NCBI GenBank assembly: GCA_030390025.1
Contig: CM059446.1
Location: 38,440,001-38,504,000 of the forward strand
DNA: 64,000 bases
From: Squalus acanthias
Lineage: Eukaryota
Direction of reading: 5' to 3'
Shown here: positions 12,191 to 25,481 of the stretch, one piece after another
How the letters are laid out: the number at the start of each line of letters is the position of its first letter
Position numbering within the stretch: the first letter of the stretch is position 1
Position numbers and translations under genes: made by a program
Notes under the pieces: generated by a model
What the model was told of the DNA's origin: nothing
The model's database searches: none
The model's input: the letters and a program-made list of their open reading frames with translations, nothing else

Positions 12191-15100
12191 ATTTGTTAAC
12201 CGCATTTTTAATCTAACCAACATTGACTGTGACACCAAAGTAACTGTTTAATTGACAGGACCTCTGTTATGGGGATTGGTCTTAATTAGATGTGACTGAA
12301 TCAACAACAAAAAAATCAATGATAATTTCTGGAGTTAATGTACACCTCAGTACTGACTCACAGAAATGTATAGAGTGGGCAACTTGTTTTAAACAGCGAA
12401 CGAGTCTGTAAGACACGTTTTGGGAGCCACTTATGTTAATCCAGAGAGTCAAATTAGACATGTTTAAACCCCTCATCCCTGTGAGACAGTTTGATGGCGA
12501 CAAATTCAATACAGTGCCACTGAAATTCATGACTATAAAGGTTAATGGTTGTTTACTTAGGTCGCCCAATGTTTAAGTAATGGCATTTTATTCTCGAGGA
12601 AAAAGTTGGCATAGAAATCAGAGTGTCTGTTAGCACTTCTGAACCCTGAGCAAGACTGTTGTTACGAAGCTGGACTGTGGCTCTAATTGTGAACGAGAAT
12701 AAAAATCTCAAAGTCATCTGGCAAGATAAGAGGAGACAGAGGAGCATTGTACACCTAATGACAGACTCCTCTGCATCCCTGATGTCATGGGTCATCCATG
12801 TTAAGAATGTGTGCGTCCAATCATCTACTGATTGTTATCATGGTAGGCCTCAAGCACAAATCAGACATGAACTAATTTTGTGCTACAGTGAATGAACAAT
12901 GACCTTTTGGAGCACTGATGACTATATGATAGAGTTATGCATTTATAGCCTAAAACATGGTGACATTAGCCAGTGTACCAATTACAGGACACTCCTTCCA
13001 TTAGATTCCCCAAACTGTTTATATGTTTATTTACCTCTTATTTGCAAAACTGTCACGCAGAATCATAGGTGGGGCTGCAAATACAAAAACTGAGAGTGTC
13101 TATGCAAAAGAGACAAAATGGTCATCATTTATTATACTATTTTGTTTCCAACACAGGCTATTATTATTTAGTACATTTACCACCCTATAGATAATGTTAA
13201 ATAGAGAAAAATGGAATATCCACTTCATTTCATTTGTGTTTACTACAACATGAAGCCTACTTTAATAGTCCTGCTGTCTATTGCCTCTCACCAGGCATGG
13301 TTGGCAAGTGTGAATGACTTTATACAAAAAAAAGTGTAATACCATCAGCTTCTGTTTCTTGCCACTTCCGTTCCATATAGTAGTCCAAAAGTATGTTACT
13401 GCTGTGACAACGAACCTGAATACAACAGATTTACGACAGCACTGAATGAGGGTGTAGTGGTTCTCTTTGGAATGTTATTAGCCATTGTAACAAACTTCAT
13501 ATCCCATTGGAATATGATAACATCTTTGACCTAACAGGATATATCAAAGTGCTTGTTGTATAAAATGTGTTTACTATCTGTATTCACAACCTTTTCTATT
13601 TACACGGATATAGCTTTACCTGTGCTATTAAAAGTAACTGCACTGATAAACTATGCCATGAGGTTGCAGCCTGTAAGCTGCTCATTTTAAACACATGTCT
13701 TTTCAAAAGAAGTTTCTAGTTTTCTATCGATTTCTGTCAAATCCTTTACTGTTTGGAGTATGACAATAATGGTCATTTTCATTTGACTATATTCAATCCA
13801 TACCCCATTTTCACCTTTACAAATGTTAATCTGTTAATTGTTCAGCTAATGGGATGACTTTTACATCAATTTTTTAGTAACTGCTAGAATGTAGGCAGTA
13901 TAAATGTCATATGCTACGCCCTTTAAGGAGTGCTGAACAGTTCTATTTTTATTTTATTTAAATATAGAACAGCATTTTTTCAAATAATTTAGCTTTTGTT
14001 CCATTACATATTTTATATGCACTCATTTTAATTGCATACCTTTGACAAGTGCAACTGGAGTGTCCTATAATATGTTTATGATAAGTTTTGTTGCTTTGTA
14101 TGTGGTGGTTGATTGGCTTCCAGTTCCTCAAAAACACAGGAGAGACAAGTGCTCCCAATAAATCTTACCAGGTCACCAATCGTCTGATTGACAACGTTTT
14201 TAGAATACGGTTATCTACTTTAAAAATAATTCATATCCCTTCACGTTTTAGCTGAGTAAAGAGTTAAGCCATACTCCTTCCATCGGAATAAGCATAGAAA
14301 TGAGATCTTTAACAATGCTTAAGTAAATGTACAATCGGGCATGTGCAGTGATAATAAAAGCTAAATACTAAAAAGTAGGAAATTGTCAATTCTAGTTGCA
14401 CCAGGCATAAATACCTTCTGTAGCCTACGATATGAAAAACAGATCTGGTTGGGAATTTTGAAAAGATGTTGCAAACTAGTGCATTTAAAAGCCTAGCATT
14501 TTAGCGGCTTATCTTCATCCTGTCAATCATCAATGAGCCAAACACTGTCCCTGCTATAATTCCAAATCTTTCTCACTTGAGAATGAGCCATTTGGTGCTA
14601 TGCCATGCTCAGAGAGATAGTCCATATGATTGCCTTTGGATTGGACTGCATACTGATTTAGTGTTTACAAAGCGTCATTCAATGCGACCATAGATGTCTC
14701 ATTTGGTAATTAGAAATTTATGGTCCTCTTTACAGTATAATTAATAAAGGCAAAACTATAAACAGGGGCTGATAAATACGCCAGAGAATATCATACTTCC
14801 ACTCATGAACTCCCAGGAGCACTTACTGACACACTGCCAGCGTTTTCATAGGAGTGTCTCCAGACACATTGCAAGCATCTCCATTGATGTCTCAAGCTAT
14901 CTTTAGAATGTTCTTTTGTTTACAGGTAAAGACCAGCATTAAAATTACTGCCTGCATAATTGATATGAATACCGAGATGCTAATGGTAAAAGTAAAGTAT
15001 TTGTAAATTTTGTGCCTGACAAATCAGAAACTGTAACGCTAATTGATAGTTTTCCATATATGAAAGCTGCATCATTAGTGACAGCAGACTGGTAGAGACT

Positions 15101-17514
15101 GTGCAGTGCATGACAGTAAAAGCCTCTATGGACTGCAAGGTCATTTTTTGCAAGCAGGACTTGGTAAGTTGAAGGGTTAAGGCGGCAGTATTATATTTTC
15201 CAACCTACACTAGCTGCATTTTAAAATGATCAAAAATGCTCATTAACACCCATGTGCCTCTTCATATTTAACTAAAATGGTGGGGCTTCCAGTAGCTGGG
15301 GAAATAAATGTTTGGTGGAAAGCGACAGCTTTTGTAAGTGGTTCAGTTATCAACAAAGTTTACGATATCTAAAAATGTTCGAAGCACTGCAGAGGGAGAT
15401 GAAGTTATATCTAATAGATACCGTAGGATTCATTTTCACCTTGTGTTCAGTCAGTGCGGGTTCGTAAAGCGAAATCCTGCTATCTGAAAATGCTTTAAAC
15501 ATTTGCCTCTTCAGCAAAATAAAACAGGATTTTAAACACATTGAGGCCTGCACTGAAAGGTGAGAACATTTTAATTAAAGCAGGTTGTGAGAAGGATAAG
15601 CGCCAGGGGTAGGTTCTACTTAATCAGTGACCCGAGGCAAAAGGTAGGAAGGGTGAGACATGCTTAAGAAAACAAGACCAACCCTTCAGATTTCAACATA
15701 GCATGCAAATTGGCTGCAAGAATTTGAACAACTAAAAATTATATTAACCAAGAAAACTTGAACATAATTCATGTTACTGCTATACTTCAAAGCTAATTGA
15801 TTCAAAATAACTTTAAAATGGGATTTGGATTTTGCAGTGTTTTGGGCCAATTGTCTGTTGCCCTTTACTAATATTTGATAATGAAGATTTATAGTTTCTC
15901 TGTTACAGGGGAAATCACAAGAAGCAACACTGCCTCGTTGATTCATTTAGCAGGAAGTGTTAACAAAACTACATTTCCCACAAGTTCCTACATTTACTGG
16001 TAATTAATTCCCATAAGGCACTACATTTCAGTAGGAAGTGCATTTGAAGTCTCGTGCATGTGTGAACATGACTTCAATTTGATAGTTCTGTAAAAACAGG
16101 TAAAAGAAACCAGATATAGTTTATGGCTTAATCAAGTCAGAGTTATACTTTGATAGAGGTAGTTAAGCATCAGATAAATAAAAAGGTCCTATATGTTGAA
16201 GGAAATATAGCAGTGATCTAAATGCAAACGTTATCGTGAGCTTGATCAGGAGTTTGTGCAGAAAAATAGATGTGTACTTACTGAAAAAAAATATATTCTA
16301 TTTGTGTGAGCTGCCTTGTTATATATAGGCCACTTACAACTGAAGCTATAGGGCATTGTTATGTTGTACCATGAGAATCGCCACCTTAGGCCACTGCCCA
16401 AGATAGAAACGGACATGGCAATTGTTACAACTATTAGGTCACAGGCTGCAAAGAAAGTTTTATAGAGGAAGATTACAGGATTTGATCTTTGCCTCACAAT
16501 CACGTCAACAGCCGTTTAATAAAATGACTGGTGAGCTAAATGCTCTGCGTATATTATCTCGTAAAAGGCCAAGACCTCATTCTGTTGATTACATAGGCTG
16601 TAATAAACAGAAACAATGCTGGCACACAGTGCTTTAAGGGTTAAACTATAAAATGTCCTCTACTCAAATCCTTTAAATAAACTTGTGCAGGTTTACTGTG
16701 AAAACATACTTTTCTGCTAATCCTGAAAATAATAAAGCATTACAGCATTTCTGGATTTTCTACTGATCCTCCTTGATTATATAAATTAGAGTTATAACAG
16801 CGTTTGAAGATCCTGAAACAACACAGCAGAGTGAGGGGTGATTTTCATTGGCGTTCGAGACCTAGGAGAAATAGGTCACTCGATGATTTCTTGAGGGATA
16901 GTGGGGAATATTAAGGTCAGACGGCAACATTAAAACACACTCGCACACACATTATGGTTTGTGCCTTGGAATCTTTATTGTCCATCAAAATAGGTAGACA
17001 GAACCTAAGTTCAGCATCTTATCTGAATGACTGGGTCTCCAACAGCGCAGTGAATTCTGTCAGTATTAAAGAGAGCTTCAAGTCTTCCAGTCGGGGTTGG
17101 ATTCCATAACTTTCCGATCTAGTGCTGAAAAATGAAGAAGTGATTGGTAGAAGGTTATTATCAATTAAGGAAGCACTGAGGAAATTTGCTTCGTTCAGTG
17201 CCTGTGTGGGCTAAAATGTGTTTCATTCTAAAGGAAAAAAGGTGCTGCATAACTATTTTCAGGCCATTGTTTATATAGCCTTAGTGAGTTTAATACAGCA
17301 CCAGCACATTATTATGTAGCCATTGATTGTATGAGAAATTTGTAGCTACCCAACATATTTTCCAACCCCTATGCAGAATGACTTGATAGCTGTTTATTCA
17401 TATTGTTACTATTACTACATCACATATTCACAAAAGGTGCAACTGGTAAGAGGTCAGCAAAAACACCAGATTTACAAAATACGAATCCCAACTTTATCAT
17501 GTTGCTGAAAAATA

Positions 17515-18720
17515 GGACCTCAGATAGTGATTGACGAGAACATAAGAGGCATCTACCTTAATCCGGATTACGCACCAGTTTGTATCCAGAAGGCAATGCA
17601 CAGGAACCTTTAGCACGCTACGCAACTGGAAAAAGCAGTGCAAGCGCAAAGCCAAGTTAATGCTAACCAGGAGGTCCTCGAACACAAATATGCGTTTGTG
17701 ACAGTAGAAAGGTTAAATACTCCGATGAAAAGGCATGTAATGCATGTCATACATATAATAAACCACCAGATTTTGCCATGGTCGGAATTACCAATCGACA
17801 TGGGTTTCCAGAATTCTCCATGTAATCAGCATTGACGGGATTTGCGTATTTCTGTTTAGAATGCAAGGAATGTGTTCCATGTGACCCCACGCATTAACTC
17901 TTTCAGAACTGACATTGTTTGCTGCATTTCAACACAAGTCCTTTCTATAATATCTAAATTTGTTCAAAAGATTTTTTAGAAAAATAAAGTCACTGGAAAT
18001 TTGTCTTATTAATACAATCAATCATTACCGAAAAATGAGAATGAGAAAGAACAGTCTTGATATTTATTTAAAGATGTTTTAATCCAAGTCTTTAACAAGT
18101 CCAGATAAATTAAGGCTATCTTCCATTCAGGCTGTTGTAATCATCCCTAATTATAGAAATGGGAAGGACTCCAATGTGTATGCAACCTACAGGCCCATAT
18201 CTCTCGCTAACTACCGCTATAGGATACTGGCCATTAAACTAGACTTGGAAGTCACTTGTCTGGTCCATCCAGACTAAACTGGCTTCATACTAAGAGCTTC
18301 ATGGACAACACTACACAACCATTCAATGTGCTGCAAATACATCTTTTCACCTTAAAGGGACACACCTCAGCAGTTCAGCAGCTGAATAAATATTGTACAT
18401 TGTGGTATAAAGCTCCTGTACTTGTAAAACACCACATCCTCTAACTTAGCATGAATGTTCTTTGGTTAGAAACAAGATAGAGTGCAACTTCTTATTCCTC
18501 ACTCTGAAATGAATAGCTGTTGGATACTTTTAGACAATAGGTCAAACCCCTCTACTGTAGCTCTATGTCTGCAGTGCACACATGGCTAACCGCTGTTCCA
18601 TATTCCCCCTATGGAGGGGTCAGGCAGGGTTGTCCCCTATCTCTCCTCCTCTTTTGCTTGTCCATAGAACCTCCTAGAACTTATGACTATTGGGCAAACT
18701 TTTTCATCCATACAGGCTGG
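17515..18720 (+). pseudogene. Highly decayed L1-clade LINE remnant (RT fragments; possible ORF1 tail upstream)
   Basis: GKDSNVYATYRPISLANYRYRILA (~18160-18235) and GVRQGCPLSxLLFxLSIEP (~18615-18675); IYLNPDYA..QK at ~17550 weakly resembles the L1 ORF1 C-terminus. Confidence 0.65.
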
Positions 18721-19744
18721 TGGCATAGAATTTAAAAAATCATCACTATGTAAGACATGACCAACTCCACCTCATGCTACCCCAGCATCACCCAGTCTAT
18801 CAAAGACTTTTTATGGCTATTATGCTATTAACTCAACTCCAAAATAGAAGCTATGGCCATAGTTCAAATAATATCAAATCAGAGAACTGCACCTTCCAAT
18901 ACATCAACAGAAAATGTTGGACAGATACAGATCAACATTCTGGGCTGAAAAATGAGAGACGAATGAGCATTTTAATAGAACAAAAAGAGAAATGGAAGAA
19001 AAAAACCCAGAGAGGAATAATTGATGGAATGACTCCTAATTGATGTAAAAGATCATCTCAGTCAGGCAATGAAAAGAAGCATTAAATAAATTAAAGACTA
19101 GATAAACAATGACTGTATGAGTAACTAAGGCAGTGACAGACACACCCAAGATAAAGGTGTGAAAATGGGATACATTCAAACACAGAAAGCCCACAGTTCA
19201 GGTTTGAAGTTCAAACAGAGAATGCTGGCAAAGCACATTGTCACATCAGGCATCATACCTGAGACATGACTCAGCAACAACTCACAACTAAAAAGGTAAG
19301 GAATGTACCAATCAAAAACAGGCAAAGAAGAAATATAAACTGCCAATAGAAATCTGAAGCTATATGGAAACATCCCATCAACAATCAGCAGTCAGGAAAG
19401 CATCAATGAAGAAAAGGGGATTAAATGAAATCACTCAAGTATTTTCTGAAAATGCTTTTGGCCACTATGTTGGATTCTTAATAAGTTGAGGAACTTAGTA
19501 TTGGAAATAAGATTTGTAACGCAATAAAGTCAGAAGACATTTCAAAATTCAGAAGAAAATCATAAAACTTGCCTACATGGCAGCCTTTCATGTGTTTAAA
19601 ATGTATCAACCTTTTTCCAATCAGGGTCTGAGAAATGTAGGAATTAAGCACATTGTAATCTGCTACTTGCCAAATCTCCAGCCAATACTTCTCCTCCTCC
19701 TCCTCCTTTCATGAACAGGACAAAATGACCCAGCAGCCTTTGTA

Positions 19745-19930
19745 TCTTGCAGGGCAGTTTCTCCTATTTTCACTGCCTACAATATAATCCCACCACGAAA
19801 CACATCTTCCCCTCCCCACCCTACTCTGCTTTCCAGAGGGACTGTTCACTCGCTCACCACCTCAAACTGCCCCTCCTTTGGCACCATCCCATGCAACCAC
19901 AGGAAATGCACCATTTGCCCATTCACACGA
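19745..19930 (+). pseudogene. Penelope-like element ORF fragment (RT to GIY-YIG linker)
   Basis: LQYNPTTKHIFPSPPYSAFQRDCSL, then GTIPCNHRKCTICP in a shifted frame (Cys motif upstream of GIY-YIG). Confidence 0.7.
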
Positions 19931-22454
19931 CACAGCCATATGTGCCAGATGTAAGAATTATACATGAACAGATAGACAAAAATGTTGCAGCTACAGGCAT
20001 TCTAGAATGCACAACAATGATTCATCTATTTCTATTCTAAAAATGGCTTCAGACTTTTCAACTGCTTGAACTTAAATGTCATCATTATATTACAACCTCA
20101 CTAAAGAAAATGTACCATTAAAAAAGCCACAGAATTTGCACCTATCAAATCTTTTCATTGCGATGGTTGATTTCTCAGTAACTGAAATATACTAAATCAA
20201 ACCTTATTAATGTCATACAGATTTTTTTTAATCACAACAACATGAATAAACTCACCTGCCAAATTCTTGTTTATAATCTTTTGGTCTCTTTATTAATGTT
20301 TTTGCTCAGAGGCCTACTGGTGTCGGAGAAGCCTAGCTCTTTATTTCCCTTCCATAATGCTACCCCAGTCATTTTTCTTTGCTTTTTCCCCAGTTGCCAC
20401 TGTCCCTCCTTAGTTACCCCACGCATGTGCACTGCTGGATCCTTTCCTTCAATTTGATTTCCTGTCCTCTGTCATAGCACAACACTCCAGTCACAACCCT
20501 ACACACTCACCATTACGCTCTACCCTGTTTTTCCTTACTTAACATTGGGCCTGTAAGGGCAACTAAAAATGAAGTGACGTTGGTTTGAGTTGCCAGGTTC
20601 TTGTTTTCCCCCAGCTTAGAATTTAAAGGTAAAAATACCATTTACAACATGAGAAAGCCATTAAAAAAACACACTTCTGCATAACATGCTTATTTTTACT
20701 CAGAGTAACCTGTAAATCCCTGGAAAATGTTTTCTCAGGAGGCCTGTTCCTGTGTCGTAAGCCTGAGGCTCAATTTCGAGTACTTGGCTGGAGCTTAAAT
20801 TATTGAGTTGGGCTTTCCTAATCATTTTGTAGACACCTTGGTACTTTCTTTTTGCTGCTCAGCATATCAGTCACAGTAAGCCCTTGCCCTCTTCATTTTG
20901 GCTGCACTGGGCACTTAAAAGTCAAAGGAACTTTGACAGAGTCTGCCAGCATTTACTGTTTTGAAGCCCCGCCCCTTGTGGTGCAGTGATGAAAATATCT
21001 GAAATGCTCTGAAGTAACTTACTTCTTTGTATTAAAAAACCTCAAAACAGCAAAAAAAACATGAACTTACATACATTATTCGAAGTAAATTACGTTTATC
21101 TGAGGTAAATTCTAGAAATTGTTATGATGAAGAGCAAGACTCACCATTCACAGAGCATGCCGTATCTTTCTGTTTTTAAGCCTTCCTTTCTCACTTTTCA
21201 AGATGATGGAAAATCACTGACAGGCCCAAGACAAGAAACCATTTTGGGGGCTTGCAGGTAATTTTTTGAAAGCAGTGTGAAGCATGAACTTTTCAACATT
21301 TTGTGAGCAAGCTTTTGTCAAGGAAAGCAAAGTAGGTATGAGGGTTTATATATCTATGCAATTTATGTTTATCAACGGAGCCATGCGTCTATTTGCTGTT
21401 CCTCTCCCGAGTAAATCTCAAGGTAAACCATGAACTTTTCAACTTTTTTGGAACTACTGAGAAAAGAATTAGGTTACTGCATTCAAGGGTTGTCAAAACC
21501 ATGCCAAATTTCAAATTTGTGATTTTTTTTTTAATATAAATGGTTATGGCAGCTGCCTTCTTTTGTTAATACTGAGAATTTAAAAACGATTGTTCATGTG
21601 AAAACATTTACTTATGCAGCTGCTGGAATCTATTTCTGGTAATTGATTGGCTCGAACTTTGCATTCATAAAGCAGCAACAAAGCGCAACTGAACAGATAG
21701 GGAGCGTACAAACTGCACACGAGGAACATGGGTCGAGAAACCACCAGTGATGAACTGCTATGACAAATCAAATAGGAACAGTCAGAAAAAATATACCAAT
21801 AAAAGGAAGGAGTTATCAATGTTCTACCCTGTCTTCCTGGTGTTAAACGTTATTACCATTCTTTAATCAATGGCAGTCAACTTTTCTCTTCAGTGAACAT
21901 CACCACCTTCATTTTTGGTACTTTATGATGTGCTGCCCTTTTAAGGTCATTCAACTGGTGCTTCGTCCACAGCATCCCTGGCAATGTGCGAGCTTCTGTT
22001 TATTTTTGGGCCATCTTAATTCAGCCACTTCCAATGCCCAGACGTTGCTGACATTTTGCTGGGTGAATCCATTCTGTCATTTCTTTTTATGAAATTCTTG
22101 AGCTTTTATGTGCAGTTCTTTCTGTGAAATGTGGCATTTTGGTAAGTTTAGATGCTATTTTCTGCACATTAATGCCGGCGTGCTTTAAGCCACATCATTA
22201 ACAAAGGTTAAGTGGCTCATTAGTGGTCATTAAGGTGGTAAATTAGCATAATTTCATCTAGCATACCATTGAAGGGCTTGTTACTGCTGGTGGTAAGGTG
22301 CCACAGAGAAATGCAGACAACACCATTGTACAAATCAACAGTACATATCAGCCATTTGCTCATATTTCCCACCCAAAAGTGCTTCTCTGCCCAACACAAT
22401 AGGATTCATCTCTGTGAGAATAAGTATAGATCCGACTATTTAAAAAAAATGTAT

Positions 22455-22710
22455 TTGTTCCTGGGATGTGGGCGTCGCTGGCAAGGCCAGCATTTATTGT
22501 CCATCCCTAATTGCCCTTGAGAAGGTGGTGGTGAGCCTGTTCTTTGTCGCGGTTTGGTACAACTGAGTAGTTTGCTCGGCCATTTCAGAAGGCAGTTCAG
22601 AGTCAACCACATTGCTGTGGGTCTGGAGTCACATATAGGCCAGACTGAGTAAGGACGGCAGATTTCCTTCCTAAAGGACATTAGTGAACCAGATAGGTAT
22701 TAATGAAAAA
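22455..22710 (-). mobile_element. SINE/LINE fragment carrying the CR1-type tail
   Basis: Same tail as 1470-1770, joined to the gagtcaaccacattgctgtgggtctggagtcacat...ggacattagtgaacc body. Confidence 0.65.
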
Positions 22711-23596
22711 CCGGTAGTTGAAACTATGCTACCGTTCCCGATATGGTATGTAAATGAAACACACTCTTTCAACATTATCCCAGAAAGCTACCACAGATCT
22801 CATCTGTAAACTCCAGAGCTTAGAGGTATGGAAGCTGATTGATACCCTCAGTAAAATTTGTCATACACATGAGAAAACTAACCTTTCAGTATTGTTATAA
22901 ATTCAGGTCTGCCATCAAAATCTTTGTGGGTCAGTTGCTCTGATAAATGGATCACATGCCCCTTACGTGTCAGGGTTGACTCACACTGCCCAATATCTAT
23001 GTACACAATAGCGTAACACAGGGGATGTAAGAATGCGTCCTTCCGAACATATGAATTGGATATGTAGGGCTCGATTTTGCCAGGCCCGAGGAGGCGAGAT
23101 TGGAGGCGTCTGAGGTGGTAAAATTGCAAAAAATGGCGGACGGGCCTGATCCCACCTCCATCCCGCCTCCGAGCAATTTTCCCAAATGCGTGTTTTCTGA
23201 CCCCATTTCCATCCCGCCTCCAAGAGGCGGGATAGGCCCTTAAGGCCCTTAACAACCAGTTAAGTGCCTCTATAATCCCATTTTGAGAGGCCTTTCTGAT
23301 TTGACCACTTTTCCCACGTCCTGCACGCCTCCTCTGGAACACGCCAGTTAATCCTGGCGGCCTCACAAGTGGACTGCTTACTAACAGCTGCAGCTCCGCC
23401 ATTAAAAAGGAGTTTTCAGCAATCATCATTTGCAGGTGGCAGAACTTTGTTGTCTCAGGTCTGGGGGAACTTTTAGCAGGCATACTCATTGTTGTGGAAG
23501 TTTGGAGCCTGACTCCCATCTCCAGTGTGACCTACTGGGAAACCCCTCTCGCCACCTTGACTGAGCGCTTCCTCAACTGAGGCATATACCAGAAGC

Positions 23597-23811
23597 ATGG
23601 GAACCATTTATTTCCTTTCCTCCTGGACATCAGATTCGGACGAAGACCAGCCGTGGCAGCAACAGATCCATGAACAACAGCAGCAGCAACAACAGGAGCG
23701 CCAAGCTGCTGCTCACCCACCTGAAGCTGCACAGGCCAGAAGGCGCCAGCGCGCGACCAAATTGCTGCCCGGGATGCAAGGGATGCACTCATCTTGGCCA
23801 GATTTGCTTAG
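23597..23811 (+). pseudogene. Harbinger transposase reduced to its N-terminus fused out of frame to its last 16 codons
   Basis: MGTIYFLSSWTSDSDEDQ..Q-rich start; 23761-23811 reads IAARDARDALILARFA*, matching IAGRQARDALIHARFA* ending at 43171. Confidence 0.8.
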
Positions 23812-24043
23812 CCTGCGTAATCAAACAATTTTGACTCGCACCTTCTTATCAGACCATCGACAATGGCCAAGAACCTGCGGATTCCTATCACTCTGACCAC
23901 CATACTGACAATTGCAAGTCGCCCTAAGCCCTCAATGTGGAAGTCCCATTAGCAAAATGACACACGCCACAACTGCAACAGTTTGCCATCAGAATTTTTT
24001 GTGACAATAAGCAACTGATGGCTTTTCAAAATTAAACACAACA

Positions 24044-25481
24044 TTACACCCAAGTGTCTATGGTAGCCAGCCTTACCATGGAGGTAGCCAGCCTTACCAT
24101 GGAGGTAGCCATCCTTTCCAAGGAGGTTGCCATCCTTTCCGTGGTGATGCGTTCATGCGCCAACGCCTCCACAAAGGCTCTGCTCATGTTAGCGATGGAC
24201 TTCTCCATTCGCTCCACACTCGCAGCGACCCTGGAGACAAAACCTGCCAGAGACTCCTGCACCTGTTCCTGGAGTTCCAGCACCGCTCTCCTTCTGGATG
24301 GACCTGGAGGCACAGTGTTGACATGCAGCGGAGCTGAGCTGGGAGCGTCCTCTCCACTGCGACGAGGACTCTCCACTGCTGTTCCTGTCTCCACCATCTG
24401 CTGATGCTCACTTGTGAGCTGTGATACACCAGGTGACAACTCTACTCTATGTCCCGAAGATCCCACCGAGGTGTGAGTGTCTGCACTGGTGCAGGGTGCG
24501 CTTAATTCTGCTGACGGAGCGCCCTCAGAGGTTGCAGCTTCCTCTGAGGAGTCTGGAAGCTCAGGCTCTTCCTCCTGGACAGTGGGGATGGGGGCTCTCG
24601 ATGGTCCTGTGGGGGAGTAAAGGAAAGAGTTAGAGATGTGAGGTAAAGGTTGCATGCACGTTGAATTGTGCAGATGATCATAAGTCAATCAGTTAGAGCA
24701 TCAGAATCATTATCAGTCACTCATGCAATGTCAATGAGAGAGATGCCAAACTATTCTGTCACCAGCTTGCTGTGATGCGCCCGTCTGTCCGTCCCCCACT
24801 TGGGAATCCTCCTCGATCCCGACAATTTCCAGGGACGCCTCCTCCGAGGTGGTGAGCTGGGCTACTGAGGGTGGCCCTCCTCCTGTCCTCGCTCTTTCCC
24901 TCTTATTGTGGACTCTCTTTTCCTGCAATGAGGGACACAAGTGGAGTTTGAGTGAGAGTGAAGGAGTGAGTGTAGTGAATCCATAGCATAGATGCTTAGA
25001 AGGAGACAAAGAGCCCTCCCTGTGTGTTGTAAGTTGTTGTCATTGCGTCACAGTGATAGGGAGTGTGAGGGCTGCATGGTCGAATAGTTAAGTGATTGTG
25101 ACCGTAGAGAGAGAGGGAATGGGTAAGGGTGCAGGGATGTCAGTGTCAAGTGGGATGTGGAGGAAGAGGTTGGCAAAGCAGAGTGCTGGTGAGGAGAGGC
25201 GATGGGGATGAGATTGAGGATGATGAGAAAGTCCTACTCACTTTTCCTGTGCGGAGAAGGTCATGAAACCTCTTCCTGCACTGCAGCCAGGTTCTGCGGC
25301 ACATAGAGATGGCATTGACCTCCTGGGCCACTTTCAGCCACATAGCTTTAGTCTGTTGTGGTGGCTTTTTTCTCCCTGAGGAAGGGAAGAGCACCTCCTT
25401 ATTAGATCTTGCTCCCTGCACCAGAGTTTGGAGGGAGGGCTCATCAAAGCGAGGTGCACACTTTTGCTTGCTGGTGGACAT
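24044..25481 (-). CDS. Harbinger Myb/SANT-like DNA-binding protein, 3 exons (25481-25242, 24922-24763, 24606-24044), 320 aa
   Basis: Exon 1 CAPRFDEPSLQTLVQG..W..VAQEVNA..RRTWLQCRKRFHDL; GT/AG sites (GTGAGT, TTGCAG, GTGACA, CCACAG) with matching phases 0 and 1; 963 nt with no internal stop; RTGGGP motif; C-terminal heptad repeats. Confidence 0.85.
24060..24142. repeat. 21-bp coding tandem repeat (about 4 units)
   Basis: ggtagccagccttaccatgga units; on - they encode ERMATSL/ERMATSM/VRLATSM/VRLAT. Confidence 0.85.

Noticed and set aside
22878-23519. 213-aa minus-strand ORF
   Set aside because: It crosses the Harbinger TIR into flanking DNA and has no protein motif.
24054-24404. 116-aa plus-strand repetitive ORF
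   Set aside because: It is the antisense shadow of Myb exon 3 and its 21-bp repeat.
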